Both the position numbers and the translations under genes were made by a program. A stretch of DNA of 64,000 bases, taken from Chloroflexota bacterium. Lineage in GTDB: Bacteria > Chloroflexota > Dehalococcoidia > FW602-bin16. The notes below the pieces were generated by a model. The model had not been told where the DNA came from and made no database searches. It worked only from the letters and a program-made list of their open reading frames with translations. Below are positions 27,771 to 37,100 of the stretch, piece by piece (the first letter of the stretch is position 1; every line of letters starts with the position of its first letter). The stretch covers positions 5,113 to 69,112 of the forward strand of contig SCTZ01000129.1 of the NCBI GenBank assembly GCA_004297765.1. Reading direction: 5' to 3'.

Positions 27771-28201
27771 CAACCTATCTGTTGGATGTCAACCTCCTGC
27801 TTGCATTGGGTGATCCAATGCACGTGCATCATGAAACGGCTCACCGCTGGTTCGCGAGCACGGGCCATCATTCCTGGGCCACCTGTCCGATTACCGAGAA
27901 CGGCTTTCTCCGCGTCGCCAGTCATCCAAGCTACCCTAACCGGCCTGGAGACGTCCTCGCTGTGCTTGCCATGCTCGGCCGGCTATACAAAGCGGAAGGC
28001 CACGAGTTTTGGCCAGAAGATATCAGTATTCTCGACATCCTGGAGCCCGGCACGATCATCACACACGCTCAGATCACAGATGTTTACCTGGTTGGATTGG
28101 CGGTTCACAGGAAAGGCAAACTGGCCACGCTGGATCAGCGCATCCCGGTCCATGCTGTTCGCGGCGGACAGGAAGCGGTGGAACTCATTCGGGGACAATG
28201 A
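27767..28201 (+). CDS. vapC: PIN-domain toxin (VapC family, second copy in tandem module)
   Basis: MTTYLLDVNLLLALGDPMHVHHETAHRWF...ITENGFLRV...ITDVYLVGLAVHRKGKLATLD is the TIGR00028-like VapC pattern. Confidence 0.8.
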   Translation: MTTYLLDVNLLLALGDPMHVHHETAHRWFASTGHHSWATCPITENGFLRVASHPSYPNRPGDVLAVLAMLGRLYKAEGHEFWPEDISILDILEPGTIITHAQITDVYLVGLAVHRKGKLATLDQRIPVHAVRGGQEAVELIRGQ

Positions 28202-28247
28202 GTTCCACAATTGAAGCCGGTGACAACGAAAGGAAGAAGGCAACCCC

Positions 28248-28787
28248 ATGCGTTACCAGTTCTCCGAGAAAGGGACGTTCTTTTCGACCCGCCAGCGCGG
28301 AGATGAGGTGCGCGGAGACATTGAGGCGCGGCTACAGGGACTTGAGCCGAATGAGCCTTTGATCCTGGACTTCGCTGGCGTGGAAATGATCAGCTTCTCT
28401 TTTGCGGATGAGGTCGTTGGGCGCCTCTTGGAAAGCAGCAAGGCAGGCGGTCTAGGCGACCGTGTCATCCTTCTCGCGAATTTGAACGCTGAGACCAGTG
28501 ATCCGATCGAGAGATCGCTTGAGCGAAGGGAGCTCATTGCGGCCTACCTAGACGTTGACGGAAGCGTGCGCCTAATGTGTGCGCCACAGCATCTGGAGCA
28601 AACCTTCACTGCCGTGCAGGCGCACCAGCAGTTCAGAACTCCTGAGTTGGCCACAGAACTAAACATAAGTGTGCAGGCGTGCAACAACCGGTTGAAACCG
28701 CTCCTCGCCGCGGGCTTGCTCAGACGGAAGAACACAACAGGCAAGTCGGGTGGGCGACAGTTCGTATATTCTCCGACTATGTCGTGA
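28248..28787 (+). CDS. DUF4325 (STAS-like) domain fused to a C-terminal winged helix-turn-helix
   Basis: 179 aa. FSTRQRGDEVRGDIEARL...PLILDFAGVEMISFSFADEVVGRLL matches the DUF4325 pattern. The C-terminus ELATELNISVQACNNRLKPLLAAGLLRR...GGRQFVY looks like a MarR/ArsR-type wHTH. Confidence 0.6.
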   Translation: MRYQFSEKGTFFSTRQRGDEVRGDIEARLQGLEPNEPLILDFAGVEMISFSFADEVVGRLLESSKAGGLGDRVILLANLNAETSDPIERSLERRELIAAYLDVDGSVRLMCAPQHLEQTFTAVQAHQQFRTPELATELNISVQACNNRLKPLLAAGLLRRKNTTGKSGGRQFVYSPTMS

Positions 28788-28887
28788 CATAGCAAAGAGC
28801 TGGCGTTCGACCGTCAGATGTCGCCTCTCCACAGAAACGGGCCTTCGACTGTGCAACAGAGGGGTCTGCTGTAGACGGTCACTGATA

Positions 28888-29715
28888 CTAGCAATCACCG
28901 AAAAAAGGGGACGATCCGATATTTGCATGTATTGCGGCACCCTCTAGATCAGGGAACAGCCTGCCATAAGTAATGCCCATAAGCTCAAGATCCCGCAAAG
29001 CACGAAGCGCTTCCCGTGCAGGTATTTCATATCGTTCGAGGTTTGCTGCAAGCCCCCGACTGATCAAGTATGATTCGAGGTCTTGAAACTCATCGTGTGT
29101 TAGACAAGTGAAGCGGCCCTGCTGGGCCCGCTGCCGATGGTAGTCATCTCGTCGCGCATCGATTATCCGGAACTCTCCCGGCACTTCCAGGTCGCTTGTG
29201 AGCACGAGGGCCCAGATAACAACCGTGCCTTTAGGGAAGAAAAGTGCTCCCAAAGTTCCGGGTCCAGATCTCATACCGATCTTGAAGCCCTTGTTGCTTT
29301 CTTCGACGGCATCCAAGAACGCGAAGAATGCAGCGATATACGGGCTCTCGGTCCAATCAAGTAGTGGTGTGATTAGACCGTGATGTCTGCCAAGAGCCCA
29401 CCATTCGTTTTCGTCAGCCCGCCCGTCGCTCGTCTGTCCGGGCAGTCCCTTCACCTGTTCCTTGAACGCGGCCAAATAACTTCTGAGCAGGGGTTTGTAT
29501 CGCCTCACGACGGAGCGATCATCCTGCGCCTCCAAAGCGAACAAAAGCCTGCGCTCCCATAGCGATGACAACGTCCAGTCCGGATTGCCATGACCTCTAT
29601 AGAGGCGCATCCCAAGCCGCTTACCTACCATTCTGCGTACTTCAGGGCCAAACTCCTCCCACCTCTCACACCTGAAGACCGTTACTCCCCCTTCGGGATC
29701 CTGCGTCTCTTCCAC
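28888..29715 (-). CDS. FRG-domain protein
   Basis: 275 aa from a GTG start with GGAGAGG upstream. LYRGHGNPDW, ALGRHHGLITPLLDWTESPYIAAFFAF and RQRAQQGRFT correspond to the FRG-family conserved blocks ((F/Y)RG, QH.G.PT.LLDWT, Q.G.F). Local GC is visibly lower than in the flanks. Confidence 0.7.
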   Translation of the reverse strand: MEETQDPEGGVTVFRCERWEEFGPEVRRMVGKRLGMRLYRGHGNPDWTLSSLWERRLLFALEAQDDRSVVRRYKPLLRSYLAAFKEQVKGLPGQTSDGRADENEWWALGRHHGLITPLLDWTESPYIAAFFAFLDAVEESNKGFKIGMRSGPGTLGALFFPKGTVVIWALVLTSDLEVPGEFRIIDARRDDYHRQRAQQGRFTCLTHDEFQDLESYLISRGLAANLERYEIPAREALRALRDLELMGITYGRLFPDLEGAAIHANIGSSPFFGDC

Positions 29716-29730
29716 AATCCGTTACCTCTC

Positions 29731-30060
29731 CTAAGATCGATGGCTGATACCGCATGAGCAGTCCATTGCTTTATAATGCTCCGCTGAACTGCTCGCACAA
29801 TAGACAGCGCATTCTACCATGCAAGCTCCAACTCGTGCTATTTCGAAGATCGGTTTCGTTTGGGAATGAACAGCCTTGCTCACCACGCCCGCCTGCGCTG
29901 CAAGCCACGTCGACCGGTCATCCCTCTTTGTTCCATCGTCAGCGAGTATTGCCAGCACGCCAACGAAATCTGTCGGGACACACCCAGGGCATGAGAACTC
30001 AAGCGCACTTTTCTTCGGCTCCAAAACGCACGATAATTGACGAGAATCGGAGGTGAACAT
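29731..30060 (-). CDS. Hypothetical Cys-rich small protein, possibly co-transcribed with the FRG gene
   Basis: The open frame ends 15 nt before the FRG start. The composition is protein-like in places (DFVGVLAILADDGTKRDD...KPIFEIARVGACMVE) but I recognise no family. The start is uncertain and would abut the divergent alkD-like start. It could be non-coding. Confidence 0.25.
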   Translation of the reverse strand: MFTSDSRQLSCVLEPKKSALEFSCPGCVPTDFVGVLAILADDGTKRDDRSTWLAAQAGVVSKAVHSQTKPIFEIARVGACMVECAVYCASSSAEHYKAMDCSCGISHRS

Positions 30061-30736
30061 GCAATACGAAGATCTCTTGGAGAAGCTACACTCCCTATCC
30101 GACCCCCAGGGCAAGGCGGGCATGGCCCGCTACGGCATCAACACCCAGAGCGCACTGGGCATCTCCCTCTATACCCTCAGGCCCCTGGCCAAAGAGACGG
30201 GCAAAGATCATCTCCTTGCCCAGCAGCTATGGGACTCCGGCATCCATGAGGCGCGCATTCTGGCCAGCATGGTGGACGACCCGCGCCTGGTGGACGAGGA
30301 GCAGATGGAGAGCTGGGTAAGCGACTTTGACTCTTGGGACATCTGTGATCAGACGTGCAGCAATCTCTTCGACAAGACGGCCTTGGCCTACCAGAAGACC
30401 GCGGAGTGGAGCGAAAGAACCGAAACCTTCGTGAAGCGGGCTGGCTTCGCTCTCATGGCCGCTCTGTCGGTGCACGACAAGAAGGCATCCGACGAGAAGA
30501 TCGCGGCATTCCTCCCCGTCATCCTGCGCGAATCTACCGACGACCGCAATTTTGTGAAAAAGGCCGTCAACTGGGCCCTGCGGCAGGTCGGAAAGCGCAA
30601 CCTGGTCCTGAACGCGCTGGCCATCGAGACAGCTCAGGAGATCAAGAACCTGGACGCGCGAGCTGCGCGCTGGATTGCGTCCGACGCGCTGCGCGAGCTG
30701 ACGAGCGACAAGGTTCAACAGCGACTGCGAAAATGA
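30059..30736 (+). CDS. DNA alkylation repair protein (AlkD-like HEAT-repeat family, PF08713-type)
   Basis: The ATG at 30059 follows GGAGGTG. ...MARYGINTQSALGISLYTLRPLAKE..LAQQLWDSGIHEARILASMV...WVSDFDSWDICDQTC...FVKRAGFALMAAL...NFVKKAVNWALRQVGKRN is the characteristic DNA_alkylation family pattern. Confidence 0.85.
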   Translation: MQYEDLLEKLHSLSDPQGKAGMARYGINTQSALGISLYTLRPLAKETGKDHLLAQQLWDSGIHEARILASMVDDPRLVDEEQMESWVSDFDSWDICDQTCSNLFDKTALAYQKTAEWSERTETFVKRAGFALMAALSVHDKKASDEKIAAFLPVILRESTDDRNFVKKAVNWALRQVGKRNLVLNALAIETAQEIKNLDARAARWIASDALRELTSDKVQQRLRK

Positions 30737-31614
30737 GCCTCATCGAACCTGTCGGCACAGAGCTTGTCTTCGCCGGCCAGCCTTACCGCGATCTTCAACC
30801 GCGTCCGCGCCGGATCCATGGCGTCGACTTCAGCGGCGCGGTGGACGCCGGGTGGAAGATCTGGATCGCCAGCGGTAGCGTAGACGAGGACTGCTTGCGG
30901 ATCGAGGACTGCCGACGAGCCGAGGATCTGCCAGGATCGGGCAAGCCACTCGATCGTTGCTTGCCAGCCCTCCGGGAACTCATCGCCGGTGAGACACACG
31001 GCGTCTTCGGGCTCGACTTCCCCTTTGGGCTGCCCGACGATCTCGTCAGGAACTATGGCGACTGGGACCAGTTCGTCCTGGACTTCTCCAAGCGCTACCC
31101 CGGTCCCAAGGATTTTAGGCAGGACTGCTTCGAGCAAGCAGACCATCATGAGCGAAAGCGGGCGACAGACCGCGAAAACGCTGCTCCGTTCGCGGCCTAT
31201 AATCTCAAGCTATATCGTCAGACCTACTACGGGATTCGAGACGTGCTCGCTCCCCTGGTGCGCGAGAGGCGGGCCTATGTCCTGCCCATGCAGAGCGCTC
31301 ATTCCGGTCGGCCCTGGCTGGTAGAAATCTGCCCGGCATGCACGTTGAAGAAAGAGCATCTCTATTTGTCGTACAAGGGAACGAGCATGGACCGCCGGGA
31401 GGCTCGCGCATACATCCTGGCAGCGATCGAGAGGATCGCCCCGCTGGTCATCCCTGACAAGGACCTGCGCGCGCGGATCATCGCTGACGCGGGAGGAGAT
31501 GCCCTGGATAGCGTCATCGCGGCCGTTGCGACGTTCCGCTCCATTCCACGAATGATCGATGGATACACCGGAAAGCAGATGCCCTATCCGCTGGAGGGGT
31601 TCATCTTCGTCTGA
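30733..31614 (+). CDS. DUF429-family protein (predicted RNase H-fold nuclease)
   Basis: The ATG at 30733 overlaps the upstream stop (ATGA). IHGVDFSGAVDAGWKIWIA (N-terminal acidic residue), FGLDFPFGLP and GGDALDSVIAAVA (C-terminal acidic residue) match the DUF429 pattern as I remember it. Confidence 0.65.
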   Translation: MSLIEPVGTELVFAGQPYRDLQPRPRRIHGVDFSGAVDAGWKIWIASGSVDEDCLRIEDCRRAEDLPGSGKPLDRCLPALRELIAGETHGVFGLDFPFGLPDDLVRNYGDWDQFVLDFSKRYPGPKDFRQDCFEQADHHERKRATDRENAAPFAAYNLKLYRQTYYGIRDVLAPLVRERRAYVLPMQSAHSGRPWLVEICPACTLKKEHLYLSYKGTSMDRREARAYILAAIERIAPLVIPDKDLRARIIADAGGDALDSVIAAVATFRSIPRMIDGYTGKQMPYPLEGFIFV

Positions 31615-31737
31615 TCCACCCTACGTTCGCCCTGCTTTTCGTTGAATGGCTGCACGTGATTGGCGTATACTGGAACGGAAGCCATGGGCAGAGGCTCAGG
31701 ACGGTAGGAGAGATTGGCCATCAGGCGCACAGTCAGA

Positions 31738-31941
31738 ATGGGCCAGCGGTTCTGGCAACAGGCCGAGCGCGACGTTGAAAGCCGCTACCCATCGGACGAC
31801 GAAAGCGAGCCGATCCCAGCCGATCTGATAAGCGAGGAGGATGCGCTCACGTCGGTCGGACGCGCCGAGGAGATAATGGCATGGGTGCAGACACTGCTGC
31901 AGCAACCGCCGGGCAAAACCCGGCCCAAAACGAGCTACTGA
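31738..31941 (+). pseudogene. HEPN-like remnant (first helix and C-terminal RYP-containing helix only)
   Basis: MGQRFWQQAERDVESRYPSDDESEPIPADLISEEDALTSVGRAEEIMAWVQTLL resembles the first helix (W..A..D...A) joined directly to the C-terminal ..RYP....ea...l..Ae.i..wv..l segment of PF05168-type HEPN proteins. The central roughly 70 aa are missing. Low-confidence call. Confidence 0.3.
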
Positions 31942-32261
31942 TCAGATTCGCCCGCCTCATGCGCGAGCGATATGGGGCTCGTCTGTACCTCTTTGGCTCT
32001 CGTGCCCGCGGGACCGCTCATTCTGAGAGCGATTATGATATTGTGGCTGTGGCGCACGCATTTGAAGGTGAACGCAAGATAGAGCGCGCACTAGATCGAT
32101 TCGAGTTATGGGTCGAGGCAGGTGGCTGGGCCATCGGGCTGGACCTGCATTGCTACACGCCTGATGAATTCCGTAGGGAATCGGCTGGGCTTGGCTTCAT
32201 AGGGCAGTCCAAGAGGCGTGGCGAGCTGATCAGAATCCTTACGTCGCGGCGTGCGGCCTAG
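31881..32261 (+). CDS. Nucleotidyltransferase-domain protein (MNT-type, minimal NTase)
   Basis: LIRFARLMRERYGARLYLFGSRARGTAHSESDYDIVAV carries the G[SG]x9-13Dx[DE] polymerase-beta-type NTase signature. The only canonical start (31881) overlaps the HEPN-like ORF by 61 nt. Confidence 0.75.
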   Translation: MGADTAAATAGQNPAQNELLIRFARLMRERYGARLYLFGSRARGTAHSESDYDIVAVAHAFEGERKIERALDRFELWVEAGGWAIGLDLHCYTPDEFRRESAGLGFIGQSKRRGELIRILTSRRAA

Positions 32262-32268
32262 CATCACA

Positions 32269-32385
32269 ATGCCAACTACCCTCATGCAAGCCTCCGCGTT
32301 CATCGCGGCTGCTTTGCTGCTCTACTCCTACGCCGTCTGGGGAGAGCAGATCACAAGGCGGTTGAGTCGTCCATCAAGCTATTGA
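32269..32385 (+). pseudogene. 38-codon stub resembling the N-terminus of an HsmA-family membrane protein
   Basis: MPTTLMQASAFIAAALLLYSYAVWGEQITRRLSRPSSY* has a first TM helix followed by (V/I)WxE....(R/G)L, as in HsmA-family proteins, and then terminates. Call from memory; low confidence. Confidence 0.3.
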
Positions 32386-32584
32386 CAGAAAGCCCCAGAA
32401 CTGGTTCCCTTATGGGAGGCGTCTGCCGATTGGCAATCCCAATAGCGGTGGGAACCGAAAGCTAATATGACCATCGATGGGTCGAAAGCTGCAAAGTCGC
32501 GTTACAGGTAAGGGGACCCTTGGCGTAAGGCGTGGGCGCGTTCCTGCTCGCGTGTGTTTGTCCGCCATTCAACCCAGGGGGTGA

Positions 32585-34177
32585 GTGATGACAAGAGGTA
32601 AGCTCTGGCTGGGAGTCGGGGCAATCGTGATCGTGTTGGGGGCGCTCTCGATTGTCGGGTACGCGTTCGCGGCCCAGAACAAGGGCTCGGACGCCGCGAG
32701 CGACCGGCATCCGGTTTCGACCGCTCAGGCCGTGCCGGTCAAGGTCGCGCCGGTGGTCAAGACGGAGGTGGGCACCTCCCTGGACCTCAGTGGCGAGGTG
32801 CGCGCAAGGTCCACCGTCATGGTTCTGCCCAAGGCCGGCGGCCGCATCCTGAACATGTCGATGGACGTCGGCTCCAGAGTGCAAGCCGGCGATCTACTGG
32901 CCGAACTCGAGACCAGCGCGGCCTCCGTGCAGGTGCAACAGGCCCGGGCGGGACTGGCAGCCGCGGAGGCCAAGCTAGCCGCGGTCAAGGACGGCGGACG
33001 AGCCGAGCTGGTCGCCCAGGCCCAGGCCAACCTGGACATCGCCAAAGCCAAGCTTGCCACGCTCGAAGCCGGGCCGCGCCCGGAAACGATCTCCCAAGCC
33101 GCGGCCAATCTTCAGATAGCCGAGGCCAAGCTGGACGCGCTCAAGAAAGGCCCCACCCCTGAGCAGATCGCTGTAGCGGAGACACAGGTGCGTCTGGCCA
33201 AGGATCAGATGTACAGCGTGCAAACTCAGGCCGATGCCGTGCTGGGGAGCCGAGCCACGGCGATGGGAGCCACTGTCTACACCGAGGACATGAAGGAAGC
33301 CCAGTCGGGCGCGGCGTACGAGCAGGTCAAGCTGGCCGAGGCTCAATTGGACCTACTGAAGGCTCCGCCCACTCCCGAGATGCTGGCCCAGGCCGAGGCC
33401 GGGGTCGAGCTGGCCCGCCAGCAATTGGAGCTGGCCAAGAAGCCCTTCACCGATAACGATCTGGCCCAGGCCCGCGCTGGCGTTCAAGCGGCTGAGCAGG
33501 CTGTTGCGCTCGCCCAGAACCCGGCCTCGCCCAATGACCTGAAGGCTCTGGAAGCAACAGTGGATCAGGCCAGAGCCGCCCTGGACCTGGCCAAGCTGCA
33601 GATGGACGAGAGCAAGATCGTGGCGCCGATCGACGGAGTAGTGGTCGATCGCCAGCTCAGCGAGGGCAGCCTGGCCGCGCCAACCACGCCGATTCTCACC
33701 CTGGCTTCCACGTCCCTCGAGATCGCGGTCGGTGTCGAGGAGGTCAAAGCCGGGATGATCGCCGTCGGTCAATCTGTGCAGATCACAGCCTCCGCCTATC
33801 CGGATGCTCCCTTCGATGGGACCGTCAAGTCGATTGCACCCAGCGTGGACACCCGCAGCCGAACGGTAGCGGTGAAGATCGAGCCCAAGGATTCGGATGG
33901 CAAGCTCAAGCCCGGCATGTTCGCCCAGCTCTCCATCAAGACGCAGGGCCGACAGGCAGCCCTCGTCGTGCCACGCAACGCCGTGGTTGGCAGCGGCAGT
34001 CAGGCCTCCGTGTTCGTCCTGTCCCAGGATCGGATCTATAAGCGCTCCATCAAGATCGGCGCCAACCGGGATCAGAGCATCGAAGTGCTCAGCGGCGTCG
34101 CGGAGGGCGATCAGGTCGTGGTCGACGGTCAGTCTGGTCTGTTCGATGGTCAGCTCGTCACGGTGGCCGGGAGGTAG
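32585..34177 (+). CDS. Efflux RND transporter periplasmic adaptor (HlyD/MFP family) with extended coiled coil
   Basis: 530 aa. It has an N-terminal TM anchor and a biotinyl-lipoyl-like segment (GGRILNMSMDVGSRVQAGDLLAELE). Long A/Q/L-rich coiled coils follow, then a beta-barrel and MP domain (IVAPIDGVVVDRQL, ...VVPRNAVV). Confidence 0.85.
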   Translation: MMTRGKLWLGVGAIVIVLGALSIVGYAFAAQNKGSDAASDRHPVSTAQAVPVKVAPVVKTEVGTSLDLSGEVRARSTVMVLPKAGGRILNMSMDVGSRVQAGDLLAELETSAASVQVQQARAGLAAAEAKLAAVKDGGRAELVAQAQANLDIAKAKLATLEAGPRPETISQAAANLQIAEAKLDALKKGPTPEQIAVAETQVRLAKDQMYSVQTQADAVLGSRATAMGATVYTEDMKEAQSGAAYEQVKLAEAQLDLLKAPPTPEMLAQAEAGVELARQQLELAKKPFTDNDLAQARAGVQAAEQAVALAQNPASPNDLKALEATVDQARAALDLAKLQMDESKIVAPIDGVVVDRQLSEGSLAAPTTPILTLASTSLEIAVGVEEVKAGMIAVGQSVQITASAYPDAPFDGTVKSIAPSVDTRSRTVAVKIEPKDSDGKLKPGMFAQLSIKTQGRQAALVVPRNAVVGSGSQASVFVLSQDRIYKRSIKIGANRDQSIEVLSGVAEGDQVVVDGQSGLFDGQLVTVAGR

Positions 34178-34180
34178 ATC

Positions 34181-37100
34181 GTGGAGCTCACCCGCATCTC
34201 GATTCTGCGACCGCTCTTCATCACGATGGCCGTTCTCGCCCTGGTCATCTTCGGGCTGGTCTCCTACACGCGGCTGGGCGTCGACCTCTGGCCGAACGTC
34301 AGCTTCCCCGCGGTCACCGTCGTGACCGTCTACCCGGGCGCGGGTCCGGAGTCCGTGGAGGAGCTGGTCACCAAGCCGATTGAGGACGCCTTGGCCGGCG
34401 TGACCGATCTGGACTACCTGCAATCGTCCTCGACGGAGGGCGTCTCCTACGTCGCGGCGATCTTCACCGAGCGCGCCAATGCCGATACGGCCGCCCTGGA
34501 TGTCGAGCGCAGGGTCAGCTCCATTCGCTCCACATTGCCTCAGGACGTGCGACCGCCCAGCCTGGTCAAGGCTGACCTGCAGTCCCTGCCGATCATGAAC
34601 ATCTCCCTCTCGGGGCCCCTCCCGCTGGAGGACCTGTTCCGCCTGGCCGACGACAAGATCGCCAACCAGTTAGCAACCGTACGTGGCGTCGCGTCGGCTA
34701 AGGTGGTCGGCGGGTTCAACGACGAGGTGGTCGTCAAGATCGACCAATCTCAGCTACGGGCCCGCGGACTCTCGATTCTGCAGATCAGCGCGGCACTGGC
34801 TCAGGAAAACGTCAATCTGCCCAGCGGTTCGGTCGAGCAAGGCGGGCTCGACTACGACGTCCGACTCAACGCCTACGTCCAGAAGCCCGAGGAGCTGCAG
34901 AATCTGATCGTCTCCATGTCCCCAACCGGCGTGCCCATCTATCTGCGGGACGTGGCGAGCGTCGAGGTCGCCCACAAGAAGCAAACACAAATCAACCGCA
35001 CCGACGGTCGGGACAGCGTGGGGCTCGTCATCACCAAGCAGTCCGGCGCTAACACCATTCAGGTCGCTGACGCCGTGAAGAAGGCCCTCAAATCGCTCGA
35101 GCCCAGCTTTCCAGCCGGGGTCGAGGCCAAGGTCGCCACGGACGAGTCCATCTTCACGCGGCAATCGCTCAACGACCTGCAAAGGAACCTGATCGAGGCG
35201 GTGGTACTCACGGCGCTGGTGTTGCTGCTGTTCCTGCACACCTGGCGCAGCACAATCATAGTGCTGCTGTCCATTCCGACGTCGCTGATCTCTACCTTTG
35301 CCGTGATGAACCTGCTCGGCTTCTCGCTGAATATGATGTCAATGATGGCCCTAGCCCTGACCGTCGGCATCCTGGTCGATGACTCCATCGTGGTGCTGGA
35401 AAACATCTTCCGCCACCTGCACCTGGGCGAGACGCCCTGGACCGCCGCCCTGAACGGGCGCAATGAGATCGGTCTGGCGGCCATCGCTATCACGCTGGTG
35501 GACGTGGTGGTCTATACGCCTGTGGCCCTGATGTCCGGCGTGGTGGGTCAGTACTTCCGCCAGTTCGGTCTCTCAGTCACGGCCGCCACGCTTTTTTCGC
35601 TGCTCATCTCGTTCACGCTAGTGCCCATGCTCTCCTCGCGCTGGCTGCGCGTCACCGCGGGCAACTCGCTGCTCGATCGGTTCGGGCGCGTCTGGGAGGC
35701 GGGTTACGACAGATTGATCGCAACGTATCGTGGAGTTCTGGCCTGGGCGCTGCGCTGGCGCTGGCTGGTGATCGGAGCCGGCGTGGCCGCGTTTGTCCTC
35801 GGACTAGCCCCCATCTTCCTCCAGATTCTGCCAACGGAGTTCATGCCGGAGGCGGACGCGGGTGAGGTGGTAGTCTACCTGGAGATGCCGCCGGGAACCA
35901 CCCTGGATGGGACGAACCAGGTGATGCGCACGATGGAGGACCGAGTGAGCCAGTGGTCTGAGGTCAAGACAGTGTTCGCCTCGGTAGGCGTTTCGGATGG
36001 CATGACGCCGGATCAGTCCCGTTTCGGGCGCCTCTACCTCCGTTTGGTCCCCAAGAACGAGCGCGGCGTAACGGCTCAGCAGTTGGCGGCGCGCGGGCGG
36101 ACTCTGGGCGAGGGCATAGCGGGTGCGCACGTCCGCGCTCAGGTCCCGAGCTTCCTCGGCATGGGAGGCCAGGCCATCATGCTGCAGATCCAGGGTCCGG
36201 ACAGTGACACGCTCACTGCCGTGTCCAAGCGTGTGGCCGACATCATGCGCAACACACCAGGGACGGTGGATGTGACGGATAGCGGCGCGACCGGTCAGCC
36301 CGAGCTGGTGGCCAGCGTGGATCGCCAGAAAGCGGCCGATCTCGGCTTGAGTGCTACGCAGATCGCGGCCACCATGCGGGCTAGCATCGACGGCGTGGTC
36401 GCTACCCAGTTGAGACCAACCGGACAGAAGTCCATGGATATCCGCGTCATCTCGGCGGAGACAGACCGGGCCACTGTGGACAAGGTACTGTCCATCCCGT
36501 TGGTAACGCCGCGCGGTACGCTGGTGAGCCTGGGACAGGTGGCGACCGTCAAGGAGTCCAGCGGCCCGCCGGAGATCGACCGCCGCAACCGCCAGCGCCT
36601 GGTGACCGTGGGGGCCGACGTCGTGGGACGGGCCTCCGGAGACGTCTCGCGCGATATCGAAACGGCGCTGAAACAACTCGAGCTGCCGGCGGGCTACAGC
36701 ATCTCGTACGGGGGCATGACCGAGGCCCAGACCGAGTCGTTTACGCAGCTTGGGCAGGCGCTGGCCCTATCTATCGTACTGATGTACATGCTCATGGTGG
36801 CTCTCTACGAATCGCTGCTGTATCCCTTCGTCATCATGCTTTCCCTGCCCCTGGCCATCGCCGGGGCCATCGGCGGCTTGCTCGTGACTGGCAACACGCT
36901 GAACATGACCTCCATGATCGGCATGATCATGCTGACCGGTCTCGTTGGCAAGAACGCCATTCTGCTCATCGATTACACGAACACCCTCCGCAAGGGAGGT
37001 CTCGGGCGCAACGAGGCCTTGATCGAAGCCGGCAGCACGCGCCTCCGGCCGATCCTGATGACCACGGCCGCGCTGGTGGTAGCCATGTTCCCGCTGGCCC

